In this document: positions 51,557 through 59,145 of the stretch, one piece after another | Position numbering within the stretch: the stretch's first letter is position 1 | Layout: every line of letters begins with the position of its first letter | Assembly: GCA_964613815.1 (NCBI GenBank) | Contig: CAZTKG010000003.1 | Span: 125,440-189,439 of the forward strand | DNA: 64,000 nt | Source of the DNA: an uncultured Gammaproteobacteria bacterium | GTDB lineage: Bacteria > Patescibacteriota > Patescibacteriia > UBA9934 | Direction of reading: 5' to 3' | Position numbers and translations under genes: made by a program | The notes under the pieces: generated by a model | Databases searched by the model: none | Seen by the model: the letters and a program-made list of their open reading frames with translations, nothing else | Told to the model about the DNA's origin: nothing

Positions 51557-52204
51557 GTGGCTTATTTGATAATCCTGATTGGTGACCCTGGAGGCACTTT
51601 GTTCTTTTTTTTGACGATGCTTCTCCTGTCTCTCGGCGGCGCGGTTGCCGAGACTAGTCAGGCTGTGCAGGATGCCACCACCTTCTCGCCTGAGCCACAT
51701 GTTCGCCTTATTCTGCACGGGACGCGAGCCCCTGTGGAAGGTGGCGCTGTCGGACTTTCGGGCTGGGTGATCGCTCCCGACATTGGCAATGATCCGACCA
51801 AATGGGTGACGCTTGCAGGCCTACGGGTTGTGAATGATGTCTTGAGCCTTGAGTTCCATGGTGGACTCTTGAAGGCTGGCGACGGCACCGCCCACCTTCT
51901 GGACGTTCGCTTTGGCGCAGCGCCCAAGAACAGCCGGCTTTCGCACTGGAGCAATGTTCAGCTGATCATGGATCCGAGCGGCGAAGGCGGTGGCGGACTC
52001 TACTTCTACCATCAGTACGATCTGTCGATCTGGCTTGTCGCTATTGGGCTGGAGAACGAAAATCTCTTTACACGTGAAGCTGCGGGGATTGCGACAGGGC
52101 CCCACCTCGTGATTCCGCTTGGGAGCCTTACGATCGTCATGGCGCTCCAGTTTGACATGGCTCATGCCGAATACTTCTGGACCCGCGCTGTCCTGAACCT
52201 CTGA
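51557..52204 (+). CDS. hypothetical secreted protein (moderately high GC)
   Basis: Hydrophobic N-terminus, ORF only. Confidence 0.4.
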   Translation: MAYLIILIGDPGGTLFFFLTMLLLSLGGAVAETSQAVQDATTFSPEPHVRLILHGTRAPVEGGAVGLSGWVIAPDIGNDPTKWVTLAGLRVVNDVLSLEFHGGLLKAGDGTAHLLDVRFGAAPKNSRLSHWSNVQLIMDPSGEGGGGLYFYHQYDLSIWLVAIGLENENLFTREAAGIATGPHLVIPLGSLTIVMALQFDMAHAEYFWTRAVLNL

Positions 52205-52228
52205 CCCCCTCCTGGGGTTGTTTATGGC

Positions 52229-53074
52229 TCAAGTAAAGGACTTGGAACAAGTTAGCGCGTTTGCGAGGTAATAATGCCGAGACTCAAAGAGTCTCGGCAT
52301 GTTTTGTCTTGCCTCAAGCTCTCTCACGAGGTGCGGGAGCCAGTAGGCTCTCACCTGCTGGTACGTGCGACGTATGAAACGTTTAAGGACAGACCAAATA
52401 GCTTCAATGTGGTTTGTAGGGCCAAACTCAAATTTAGAGTGGATACAGACTTCATGCTTGTAGTTAAAGAACTCATGGATGCGGTTGTAACCGCTCCATC
52501 CGTCTGTGTAGACGGTGGAACCGGTCTTCACATGCTTAAGAAGAAATCTATCTGTCGTATCTTGCTCTCTGTTATCTGTGACAAAGAGGGCGACTCTCTT
52601 TGTCCCGCGTTCATACGCACCAATGACAATGCGCTGGTTACCGCTTCTCCTTCTTCCGACAAAAGCTTCGTCTACTTCTACATCCCCAGAAAGAATCTGG
52701 AGGTGTTCGTACGGAAGATGGTACTGGAACCTTCGGTACTATCTTCTGGCTGTCGGCACACTCACTCTTGCGAGTTCGCAAGCAGCGGGCAGAGCCCGCT
52801 GCTTCTGCCAGCAGTAGAGAAGGATCCAAAACTGTGTTCATGAGAGCTTCATTCCACTAAGCCATGAGACCGACGTGAGACTAAACGGCTTCCTGCAACT
52901 CGGACACCGGAATCTGCACTCACTTCTGCGAATATTAGATGAATTGCAGCGAGGACAGCGGATGCGCTGTCCAAACACTACTTTTCTGACAAAAGCCTTG
53001 ATCTTTCTTTCATTTGGAACCTCGTTTAGAATGGACATACGGAACAGTTGGTTATTTGTTAGCTGCACTAACAT
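52229..53074 (-). mobile_element. IS1595-family (ISXO2-like) transposase gene remnant with an internal deletion / frame break
   Basis: The N-terminal zinc ribbon (CPRCNSSN...CPSCRKPFSLTS) is in one frame. The DDE / C-terminal region (VEVDEAF...TDGWSGY...TNHIEAIWSVLKR) is in another, and only ~100 nt lie between them where ~300 are expected. Confidence 0.7.
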
Positions 53075-53181
53075 TGTAACCTCTGTTCCATTTCGATTAT
53101 ACGAGCCTGTTTATTTTGGATTGACAATCTGTGTAGTTCTGATATTGTTCGCTCCTGATCGATCTTTTTCTGGAGAAAATC

Positions 53182-53622
53182 TTGCCTGCACCCCGCTCCC
53201 CGTTCCCTGATCCGAATGTGTTTACTGCCCGTCGTGGCTTTGTGAGGATCTTTGGGTTCTCTGCCTGGATTGAGGATGGGCACTGGGTCCTTTCGCATCG
53301 CTCTGGGCACACCTCTACCTCCTCCCCTACTCCGGTTCACGAGCAGATTCAGGCTTCTATTGAGGAGGACATCTCTCGTGGTCGTGGAGATGATGTCTGT
53401 GCGGTTCACGTCTCGCCCGCTACGGCTGCTCGGCTGATTCTTGAGGGAGCGATCCCCGAGACTTCGCTTGCCGCAGCTGATACGCAACGACGTGCTGGAC
53501 GTGTCCTGATTCCGGATGTGACATTTGGGACGTCGCTTCGAGTGATGCGGCTTCCGGTGGTGGTTCGGCGAGGATACATTCACGTGTTCGCGACCGTGGA
53601 TGCGCGGGAGATTATTGTGTAG
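53182..53622 (+). CDS. hypothetical protein
   Basis: ORF in a high-GC region. Weak support. Confidence 0.25.
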   Translation: MPAPRSPFPDPNVFTARRGFVRIFGFSAWIEDGHWVLSHRSGHTSTSSPTPVHEQIQASIEEDISRGRGDDVCAVHVSPATAARLILEGAIPETSLAAADTQRRAGRVLIPDVTFGTSLRVMRLPVVVRRGYIHVFATVDAREIIV

Positions 53623-53654
53623 CGTGCGCTGGCTGATGCTGGCGCTTTTTTGTT

Positions 53655-53696
53655 TGGGAAAAAGAAAGACCCCGCGCTTGGCAGGCGCGGGGCCTG
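53655..53696 (-). terminator. rho-independent terminator after the acidic lipoprotein gene
   Basis: Minus strand GGCCCCGCGCC-tgccaa-GCGCGGGGTC followed by TTTCTTTTT. Confidence 0.45.
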
Positions 53697-53733
53697 ACCG
53701 AAGGCGGAGTAGGAGACTCCCTCGATCTGATCT

Positions 53734-54427
53734 ACTGTTCCAGGTGGACGATTCGCGTGACGTCGGAGCTGTTGATCCCATTGTAGGCGATGCTCGGGTC
53801 GGCGTCGCTCTCGAATGCGGGATCCTCCAGGGCGTACAGCGAGGCCTGGATGCCCACCCTCTCCTCGGTTCCGTAGAACGCACAGGAGAGAACGAAGGAT
53901 GTCGCGCTGGCGACCTCGTGGTCGAAGAAGACGAGGTCGGCCTGGATGTCTGCCGCGATGTCGACCGGAACGATGTCGACGGAGGAGTCTCCCCCGCCCT
54001 GGATCTCGTAGAGCTCGCACCAGTGGAGGTACTCGTCCGCGTTGAAGTCGCTGTCGGACTCGACCTAGTAGACGATGCCACTTGCGGAGAATCCATCCTC
54101 CTCGGTCGTGATGGCGTCGGCGGTGAGTCGCGCTTCGTCACCAGCTCCGTAGGAGATGGTGTCCAGGACGGACTGCGGGGTCATGTAGGCTTCGACCGGG
54201 ATGACGTCGACGGGGATGACGTCTCCGGTCTCGATGATCTCCTCCATCGTGTCGCCGTCCGTGTCCTCGGAGCAGAGGTCCGGGAACTCGGCGCAGAAGT
54301 CGTCGGCAGGAGGGGTGAGGTCGGAGATCGTGGCCTCGTCTGCGGTATCGGTCTCGACGTCGGTTGGGGCGAAGCGGCAGGCGGTGAGGGTGAGGAAGGT
54401 GATGATTGCGGGGAAACGGGTGGTCAT
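53734..54427 (-). pseudogene. high-GC acidic lipoprotein gene interrupted by an in-frame TAG at 54065-54067
   Basis: Lipobox LTLTAC after a signal peptide. The reading frame continues unbroken after the amber codon (...SGIVY*VESDSDFNADEY...) to a stop at 53734. TAG is a normal stop elsewhere in the window (rpmE, gyrB). Confidence 0.55.
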
Positions 54428-54478
54428 TTGACGCTCCGTGAGGGTTTTTGAAGGAAACAGTCGTTTGACTGATGCGCG

Positions 54479-54510
54479 CATGATAGCAGAAAAATGCCTT
54501 TTTGTCAATC
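54479..54510 (-). promoter_or_regulatory. conserved promoter block (TTGACAAAAAGGCATTTTTCTGCTATCAT)
   Basis: -35 TTGACA, 17-nt spacer, -10 TATCAT, about 50 nt upstream of the lipoprotein start. Confidence 0.5.
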
Positions 54511-54570
54511 AAAATGTCTTTAAAAAGCTGTTTTTATTAGGTTTTTCTGGTTATTTTTGTTCAAAAGTAC

Positions 54571-54604
54571 TTGACAAAACTTGGTTTTTGTGCTATTGTA
54601 TAGC
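54571..54604 (+). promoter_or_regulatory. conserved promoter block, plus-strand copy (TTGACAAAACTTGGTTTTTGTGCTATTGT), divergent from the previous one
   Basis: Same block architecture, driving 54669..55061. Confidence 0.45.
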
Positions 54605-54668
54605 TATTCTTTCACACCATTCTATTCGCTTTTTAGCGAAGGAGTCCCTCAAGAATCCCTCCATTGGC

Positions 54669-55061
54669 ATGCGTATCATGCGCTACTTCGAGATCATGAT
54701 GATGCTGAGCGCTGTCACCGCAGCTCTCCTCGCCTTCGGTCCTGTGATCGAAGACGCTGAGAACACGCAGCGCGCACTGCATCAGCAGCGTGCGGAGCGG
54801 CGCGTGATCGATGAAGTCGCCATCAAGGCAGCTACCGAGTCAATCGCTACCTTCTCACGCTACTACAGCGCCTGCGAGTTCGAGGCCCTGCAGAACCAGC
54901 TGGTCGCTGTTAGCGGCGGTCGGCAGGTTACGCAACACAGCATCAAACTCATGCGGAATGCGGCACACAGTGCTCGTCTCGCTGGCGCACCTGCTAATAT
55001 CGTAGCCCTGCACCTCGACCGTGCCGGACAGCTTCACCGCTTCGCCTCCAGCCACCACTAA
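54669..55061 (+). CDS. hypothetical secreted protein (high-GC)
   Basis: Signal-peptide-like MRIMRYFEIMMMLSAVTAALLAFG. The start was moved to the internal Met. Confidence 0.4.
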   Translation: MRIMRYFEIMMMLSAVTAALLAFGPVIEDAENTQRALHQQRAERRVIDEVAIKAATESIATFSRYYSACEFEALQNQLVAVSGGRQVTQHSIKLMRNAAHSARLAGAPANIVALHLDRAGQLHRFASSHH

Positions 55062-55090
55062 CCACAAACATCAACGCATGGTACGCGAAG

Positions 55091-55396
55091 ATGCGTACCG
55101 GCGTCGTTCGAACCACTCTGCAGCGTCAGCTCCCCCACCTCACCAAGGAGTTCGAGATGGAGGTGCGCTCCGCCCTCCTTCCCGGACTCGCCGGTGATCA
55201 GAAGGCGGCGTTCTCCCGCGTTCGCCGGCTCGGCAACGACCCGGGTCGCCAGCTCGAGAACGCCAACGTTCTCGTCCGGATGGCGGCTCAGTCGGAAGAT
55301 GCCGACATGGAGCTGCTGACCGACATCGACACGCGTCGACGACGGCTCGTGCGTCTGGTTCGCCTGGCCGATGCCGGGCACCTGATCTGGCAGTAG
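55091..55396 (+). CDS. hypothetical protein (high-GC)
   Basis: ORF only. Confidence 0.25.
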   Translation: MRTGVVRTTLQRQLPHLTKEFEMEVRSALLPGLAGDQKAAFSRVRRLGNDPGRQLENANVLVRMAAQSEDADMELLTDIDTRRRRLVRLVRLADAGHLIWQ

Positions 55397-55412
55397 CCCT
55401 CGCCCTCGCCTC

Positions 55413-55450
55413 ACGGCGCAGCTTCACCGCTGCGCCGTTTTCTTTTTATT
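55413..55450. terminator. bidirectional terminator
   Basis: ggcgcagc-ttcacc-gctgcgcc followed by gttttcttttt. Confidence 0.45.
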
Positions 55451-55895
55451 CTGGCGCGTAAACTCCTATGAGCTCAGCTTTTTTGATGATTGCCCCCTCC
55501 ATTGCCTCTTCTACCTCTTTTTTTGATGCTCCCTCAGGGAGATCAAGCATTTTACTCAGTGCGTAGAGCTTGAAAAAATATCTATGTTCACGGTCGGGCG
55601 GCTTTGGGCCGGAGTAGTCCAGATACCCGCGCGTTCCCTTCCCTTTTACGCCCTCGACTTCCCAGTTTTCTGGGATGGATGTGATGTGCGGCGGGATGTT
55701 GAATACGGTCCAGTGATCCCAAACGTCTACCGGGGCGTATTCTGGGACGTCGGGGTCGTCTACGATGAGGGCTAGCGATATCGTGCCCTCTGGAATGTTT
55801 GTGATTTCTAGCGGCGGGCTGATGTCTTCTGCGAATTGGGTGTATTTTCTTGGGATTGTTTGACCTTGGTTGAATACCGGAGATGTAATTTGCAT
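55446..55895 (-). CDS. YbhB/YbcL-family phosphatidylethanolamine-binding protein (PEBP)
   Basis: DPDVP..AP...HW and HRYFFKLYAL motifs of bacterial PEBPs. The start was moved to MQITS. Confidence 0.75.
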   Translation of the reverse strand: MQITSPVFNQGQTIPRKYTQFAEDISPPLEITNIPEGTISLALIVDDPDVPEYAPVDVWDHWTVFNIPPHITSIPENWEVEGVKGKGTRGYLDYSGPKPPDREHRYFFKLYALSKMLDLPEGASKKEVEEAMEGAIIKKAELIGVYAPE

Positions 55896-55906
55896 AAAAT
55901 GTCTTA

Positions 55907-55937
55907 AAATCCCCCGCCCTTTCAGGCGGGGGATTTG
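55907..55937. terminator. rho-independent terminator
   Basis: aaaatcccccgcc-ctttca-ggcgggggattt. Confidence 0.5.
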
Positions 55938-55957
55938 TGAATGGATTTTGGTTCTAT

Positions 55958-56275
55958 TTATTTTTTCACCCCTCTCTTTCGCTTTTGCGTGAAGTAGTAG
56001 ACAAGCGCAGCGGGTCCGGAGAGGAAGATGATGAGCGCGATCCACATTCCCTTTTCTTTTTCTTGGTTTTGGATGGCGTCTATGAGCATCCAGAGCCAGA
56101 AGGCTACGAGCGCGAGCCCGATAAGGACTCCGAGGATCGGGATGATGACGAGCCAGCCGGGGACATCTGGGCATGGGACTTCTTCGCCGTTTACTCTGCA
56201 GGTTGCGGCGAGAGCGAACTTGGAGCTTGCCAGGAAGAGCGCGAGGGATGTGAGGGAGGTTTTTAAGGTGTTCAT
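55958..56275 (-). CDS. small membrane protein with PLDc_N-like C-terminal segment
   Basis: Signal peptide plus a WMLIDAI...KGMWIALIIFLSGPAALVYYF motif. Confidence 0.45.
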   Translation of the reverse strand: MNTLKTSLTSLALFLASSKFALAATCRVNGEEVPCPDVPGWLVIIPILGVLIGLALVAFWLWMLIDAIQNQEKEKGMWIALIIFLSGPAALVYYFTQKRKRGVKK

Positions 56276-56370
56276 GGTACGTGGTTAAAAATTGGTTTTA
56301 TTTTAGCATTTTTCGTGCCTTTGTTCGAATCCCCTTTCCATGCAAAAAGACTCCACGAGTGGAGTCTTTT

Positions 56371-56460
<90 letters not shown>

Positions 56461-56502
56461 GTGTTTGATTTTCAATACCCCCTTAGCTCGGATGGCGCCG
56501 GA

Positions 56503-56600
56503 AAAATGCTCTGTAATCGGTTTTCTGAGAGCAGCGCAGTAAGGCGTATAGACAATACGTCGTCGAGCAGCGCAGCAGAAAAACGATTACAGAGTATTTT
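56503..56600. repeat. long imperfect inverted repeat (25-nt arms) in the tRNA-Arg/tRNA-Ser spacer
   Basis: AAAATGCTCTGTAATCGGTTTTCTG ... CAGAAAAACGATTACAGAGTATTTT (2 mismatches), with the inner direct repeat gagcagcgcag x2. Confidence 0.7.
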
Positions 56601-56613
56601 ACCAAGCCAGCCG

Positions 56614-56690
56614 TGGCGCGCTCGGCAGGGCTCGAACCTGCGACCTCTGGCTCCGCAAGCCAACGCTCTATCCAACTGAGCTACGAGCGC
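56614..56690 (-). tRNA. tRNA-Arg (anticodon read as GCG)
   Basis: Cloverleaf GCGCTCG...GGTTCGAGCCC...CGAGCGC-G-CCA with A20 in the D-loop and anticodon loop TTGCGGA. Confidence 0.75.
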
Positions 56691-56695
56691 ACGGT

Positions 56696-57208
56696 TCAGA
56701 ATTTATACAGTCTTCGCATGTGATCTGTCAAGGTTTCTTCCTCTCTGTCGAGGTTCTCGAAAACGAAGTTTAGCAAGGTTTCGCGGAGGATATTTGGGTC
56801 CATGTCTTCGACGGGAATATGGAGAAGCGGCTTCCACATGCGGAGAAAGTCGATGTACAGAATTTTGGCCACTCCTGGCTGGTAAACAATGGAGAAGTCT
56901 TTCATTTCTTCGTACGGGAACCAGTGGTCGTCGTAGACGATGCCGGCATCTGTGACAATAATGTTGATACGCTCTGGCTTTTTTGAGTGGTCAAGAATGA
57001 TGAGGAGCCCCATCATGAGGACAATGGTTGCAAAAAGGAAGTTCGCCGAGGCGATTGCGTATACTAAGAATAGACCGCCAATGATTCCGGCGGTGATATA
57101 CCACCTGCGTGAATGGTCGTGAGGTGGACGATCCCAGGTCTCCCAGGCGAGTAGCGCTTCGCCGACATCGATCTCTTCCATCTCCGGTTCCTTGGTTTCT
57201 TTTGCCAT
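56696..57208 (-). CDS. hypothetical membrane protein
   Basis: Two TM helices, ORF only. Confidence 0.45.
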   Translation of the reverse strand: MAKETKEPEMEEIDVGEALLAWETWDRPPHDHSRRWYITAGIIGGLFLVYAIASANFLFATIVLMMGLLIILDHSKKPERINIIVTDAGIVYDDHWFPYEEMKDFSIVYQPGVAKILYIDFLRMWKPLLHIPVEDMDPNILRETLLNFVFENLDREEETLTDHMRRLYKF

Positions 57209-57281
57209 GCCTGCAGTATACCAGAGTTAGGACTTGAAATCAGGAGCGGTTTAGGATATAACTGTGCTACGTTTAATGAAT

Positions 57282-57371
57282 GGAGAGGTGCCGGAGCGGT
57301 CGAACGGGGCACCCTGCTAAGGTGTTAGGTCTTCACGGGCCTCGAGGGTTCGAATCCCTCCCTCTCCGCCA
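57282..57371 (+). tRNA. tRNA-Ser (anticodon GCT)
   Basis: Cloverleaf with anticodon loop CTGCTAA, long variable arm, GGTTCGAATCC T-arm and a 3' CCA. Confidence 0.85.
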
Positions 57372-57375
57372 GGAA

Positions 57376-57405
57376 AAGGACTTCGCTTTTGCGGAGTCTT
57401 TTTTG
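57376..57405 (+). terminator. rho-independent terminator after tRNA-Ser(GCT)
   Basis: aaaggacttcgc-tttt-gcggagtctttttt. Confidence 0.55.
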
Positions 57406-57437
57406 TTTGGAATAAAACAACGCAGTACTTGACTGCG

Positions 57438-57860
57438 TTACTGTTTCGGACCGGTGCCCCCTGGGAAGATTCGGTCCCCCGCATCCCCGCGGAACGTGAT
57501 CTCGCAAGGTTGGTGATTGATCTGGAACGTGATCGTACCATCTGTTGATCCAGGCACCGGAAATCGGCGAATGCGGATCATGGCCGTTGTGACCTCTGCG
57601 CGTGCGATGTGTTTGGCGGTGAGAATGCCCTCGAGGAACATTCGAACGGCGATTTCTGGCGATACTGTGACCGTTCTGACTCGCTCGCTTCTGATCCCTG
57701 TGATCGCAGCTCGAAGCTGACTACTGACCGGCTCTGGATCAAGCGTGATACTCTCCCCTGACGGCGTTTCGAGACGAAATTCGCGACCACATTCGGTGAA
57801 TCCGTGATATCCATAGAATGAGGCACTTAGGATGACGATTGGGCGTCCTGATCTTCGCAC
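57438..57860 (-). CDS. hypothetical protein
   Basis: ORF only. Confidence 0.35.
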   Translation of the reverse strand: MRRSGRPIVILSASFYGYHGFTECGREFRLETPSGESITLDPEPVSSQLRAAITGIRSERVRTVTVSPEIAVRMFLEGILTAKHIARAEVTTAMIRIRRFPVPGSTDGTITFQINHQPCEITFRGDAGDRIFPGGTGPKQ

Positions 57861-57912
57861 TTTCCCTCCATTAAGGAACGTTCGGTGATGATGCCGTCTT
57901 GATGACTTGTTG

Positions 57913-58557
57913 TCAATCTTTTCCTTGCGCTAGGGTGTATATTTTGATGTTTTCTTGGCCGTTTGTTGCCAAGGTTTGCATGGCAGCCCTTGTGGTTGCG
58001 CCGGTTGTGAAGACGTCGTCTATGAGGAGTATTCCCGACTCTTCTGCGAGCTCTTTTATGTATTTGAATGGTGAGCTTCTCATTGCCTCAACCCTTCCCT
58101 TCTCTGTTTGCTCCGTTTGTCTCTGTGTACTTCTTTTTCTTGAAAGCGCGTGTCTGACGGGAATCTTTGTGTGTTCTGATAAGAATGAAGCGAGTTCTTG
58201 TGCTTGATCGAAGCCTCTTTCTGCCTTTCTGGCGAAATGTAGTGGAATTGGGATGAGCGCGCTGACCCTGTGGACCTCTATGTAATGCTCTAGCCAACTC
58301 AGGTTTGGGATGAGCTTTTTTTGGAGGATGTGCCAAGCTGATTCATCGAAATGGTATTTCCAGGCTTTGATGAGGTCTCTTGCAATTGGGTCTGCGTAAG
58401 AAAACGAGGCGACGGCGCCGGAGTCTGATTGAATGAAGGAATTTTGTAAGATCCAGGATTGTTCGCAGGAAGCGCACAGGAGCGCACCTTCGGCTTTGCA
58501 GGCGACGCAAAAACGCGGGAAGACCGCGTTTTTTAGGTTTTCGATGAATGCTTTCAT
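57913..58557 (-). CDS. comFC: ComF-family phosphoribosyltransferase (competence protein ComFC)
   Basis: N-terminal C4 zinc finger (CVACK...CASC) and a PRTase motif LLIDDVFTTGAT. Confidence 0.75.
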   Translation of the reverse strand: MKAFIENLKNAVFPRFCVACKAEGALLCASCEQSWILQNSFIQSDSGAVASFSYADPIARDLIKAWKYHFDESAWHILQKKLIPNLSWLEHYIEVHRVSALIPIPLHFARKAERGFDQAQELASFLSEHTKIPVRHALSRKRSTQRQTEQTEKGRVEAMRSSPFKYIKELAEESGILLIDDVFTTGATTRAAMQTLATNGQENIKIYTLAQGKD

Positions 58558-58560
58558 GGT

Positions 58561-59112
58561 CTACTCCCAGGTGAAGTCGTCTACGAGCCAGGAATTGCCT
58601 GATTTGATGAGTGAGAGTGTTAGTTTTTGTGTTGTTGTTGTTGAGTTTGCAGGGGATCCGATAGATTCTGTGCGTTGGGTTTGGATTTCTACGACGGATA
58701 CCTCCTCTGTTTCTGACGTGGTTTCCATGGATAGGACGCGGGTGGACATCCCCTGGTATTCGTCGGATGCGGATGCCTGCGCTGAGGCTGCGATGGACTC
58801 TAGGCGGTCTTTGAGTGCCTCTGTTGCGATGGACATGACGTCTGTGACGTTTGCGAAGTCTCCTTGGCTTGAGTAGCTTCCAAAGCGCTCTGCGAAGGTT
58901 CTGGCGATGGTTTGGGCAGCGATATCGACAGGTTCTTTCGTGATTTCTGGGATTTCTGCTGGCTCGCCGGTGATTTCTGTTTCTACAGGCTGAGATGGAA
59001 CCGGCTCTTCGATGATTTGTGGCTCTGGGCGGAGGAGAAGCCAAATGATAATGACGAGCGCGATGAGAATCGCGATCGCGATGAGCATTTCTTTTTTGTG
59101 TCTGGATTCCAT
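58561..59112 (-). CDS. membrane-anchored hypothetical protein adjacent to VirB4 (possible VirB8/PrgL-like)
   Basis: N-terminal TM helix, acidic linker and an ~110-aa globular C-terminal domain. The family assignment is a guess. Confidence 0.45.
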   Translation of the reverse strand: MESRHKKEMLIAIAILIALVIIIWLLLRPEPQIIEEPVPSQPVETEITGEPAEIPEITKEPVDIAAQTIARTFAERFGSYSSQGDFANVTDVMSIATEALKDRLESIAASAQASASDEYQGMSTRVLSMETTSETEEVSVVEIQTQRTESIGSPANSTTTTQKLTLSLIKSGNSWLVDDFTWE

Positions 59113-59145
59113 ACGCGACGCGCAGGGCGCGGTTAATGCTGAAGA

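Noticed and set aside
51557-52204. Outer-membrane porin call for the 215-aa secreted protein
   Set aside because: Only a vague C-terminal aromatic residue pattern. No beta-strand periodicity could be established by eye.
53068-54451. 357-aa minus-strand ORF and 283-aa plus-strand ORF across the fourth high-GC island
   Set aside because: Low-complexity Ser/Thr/Arg- or Gly/Asp/Val-rich alternative frames. The acidic lipoprotein frame has a lipobox, a promoter and a terminator.
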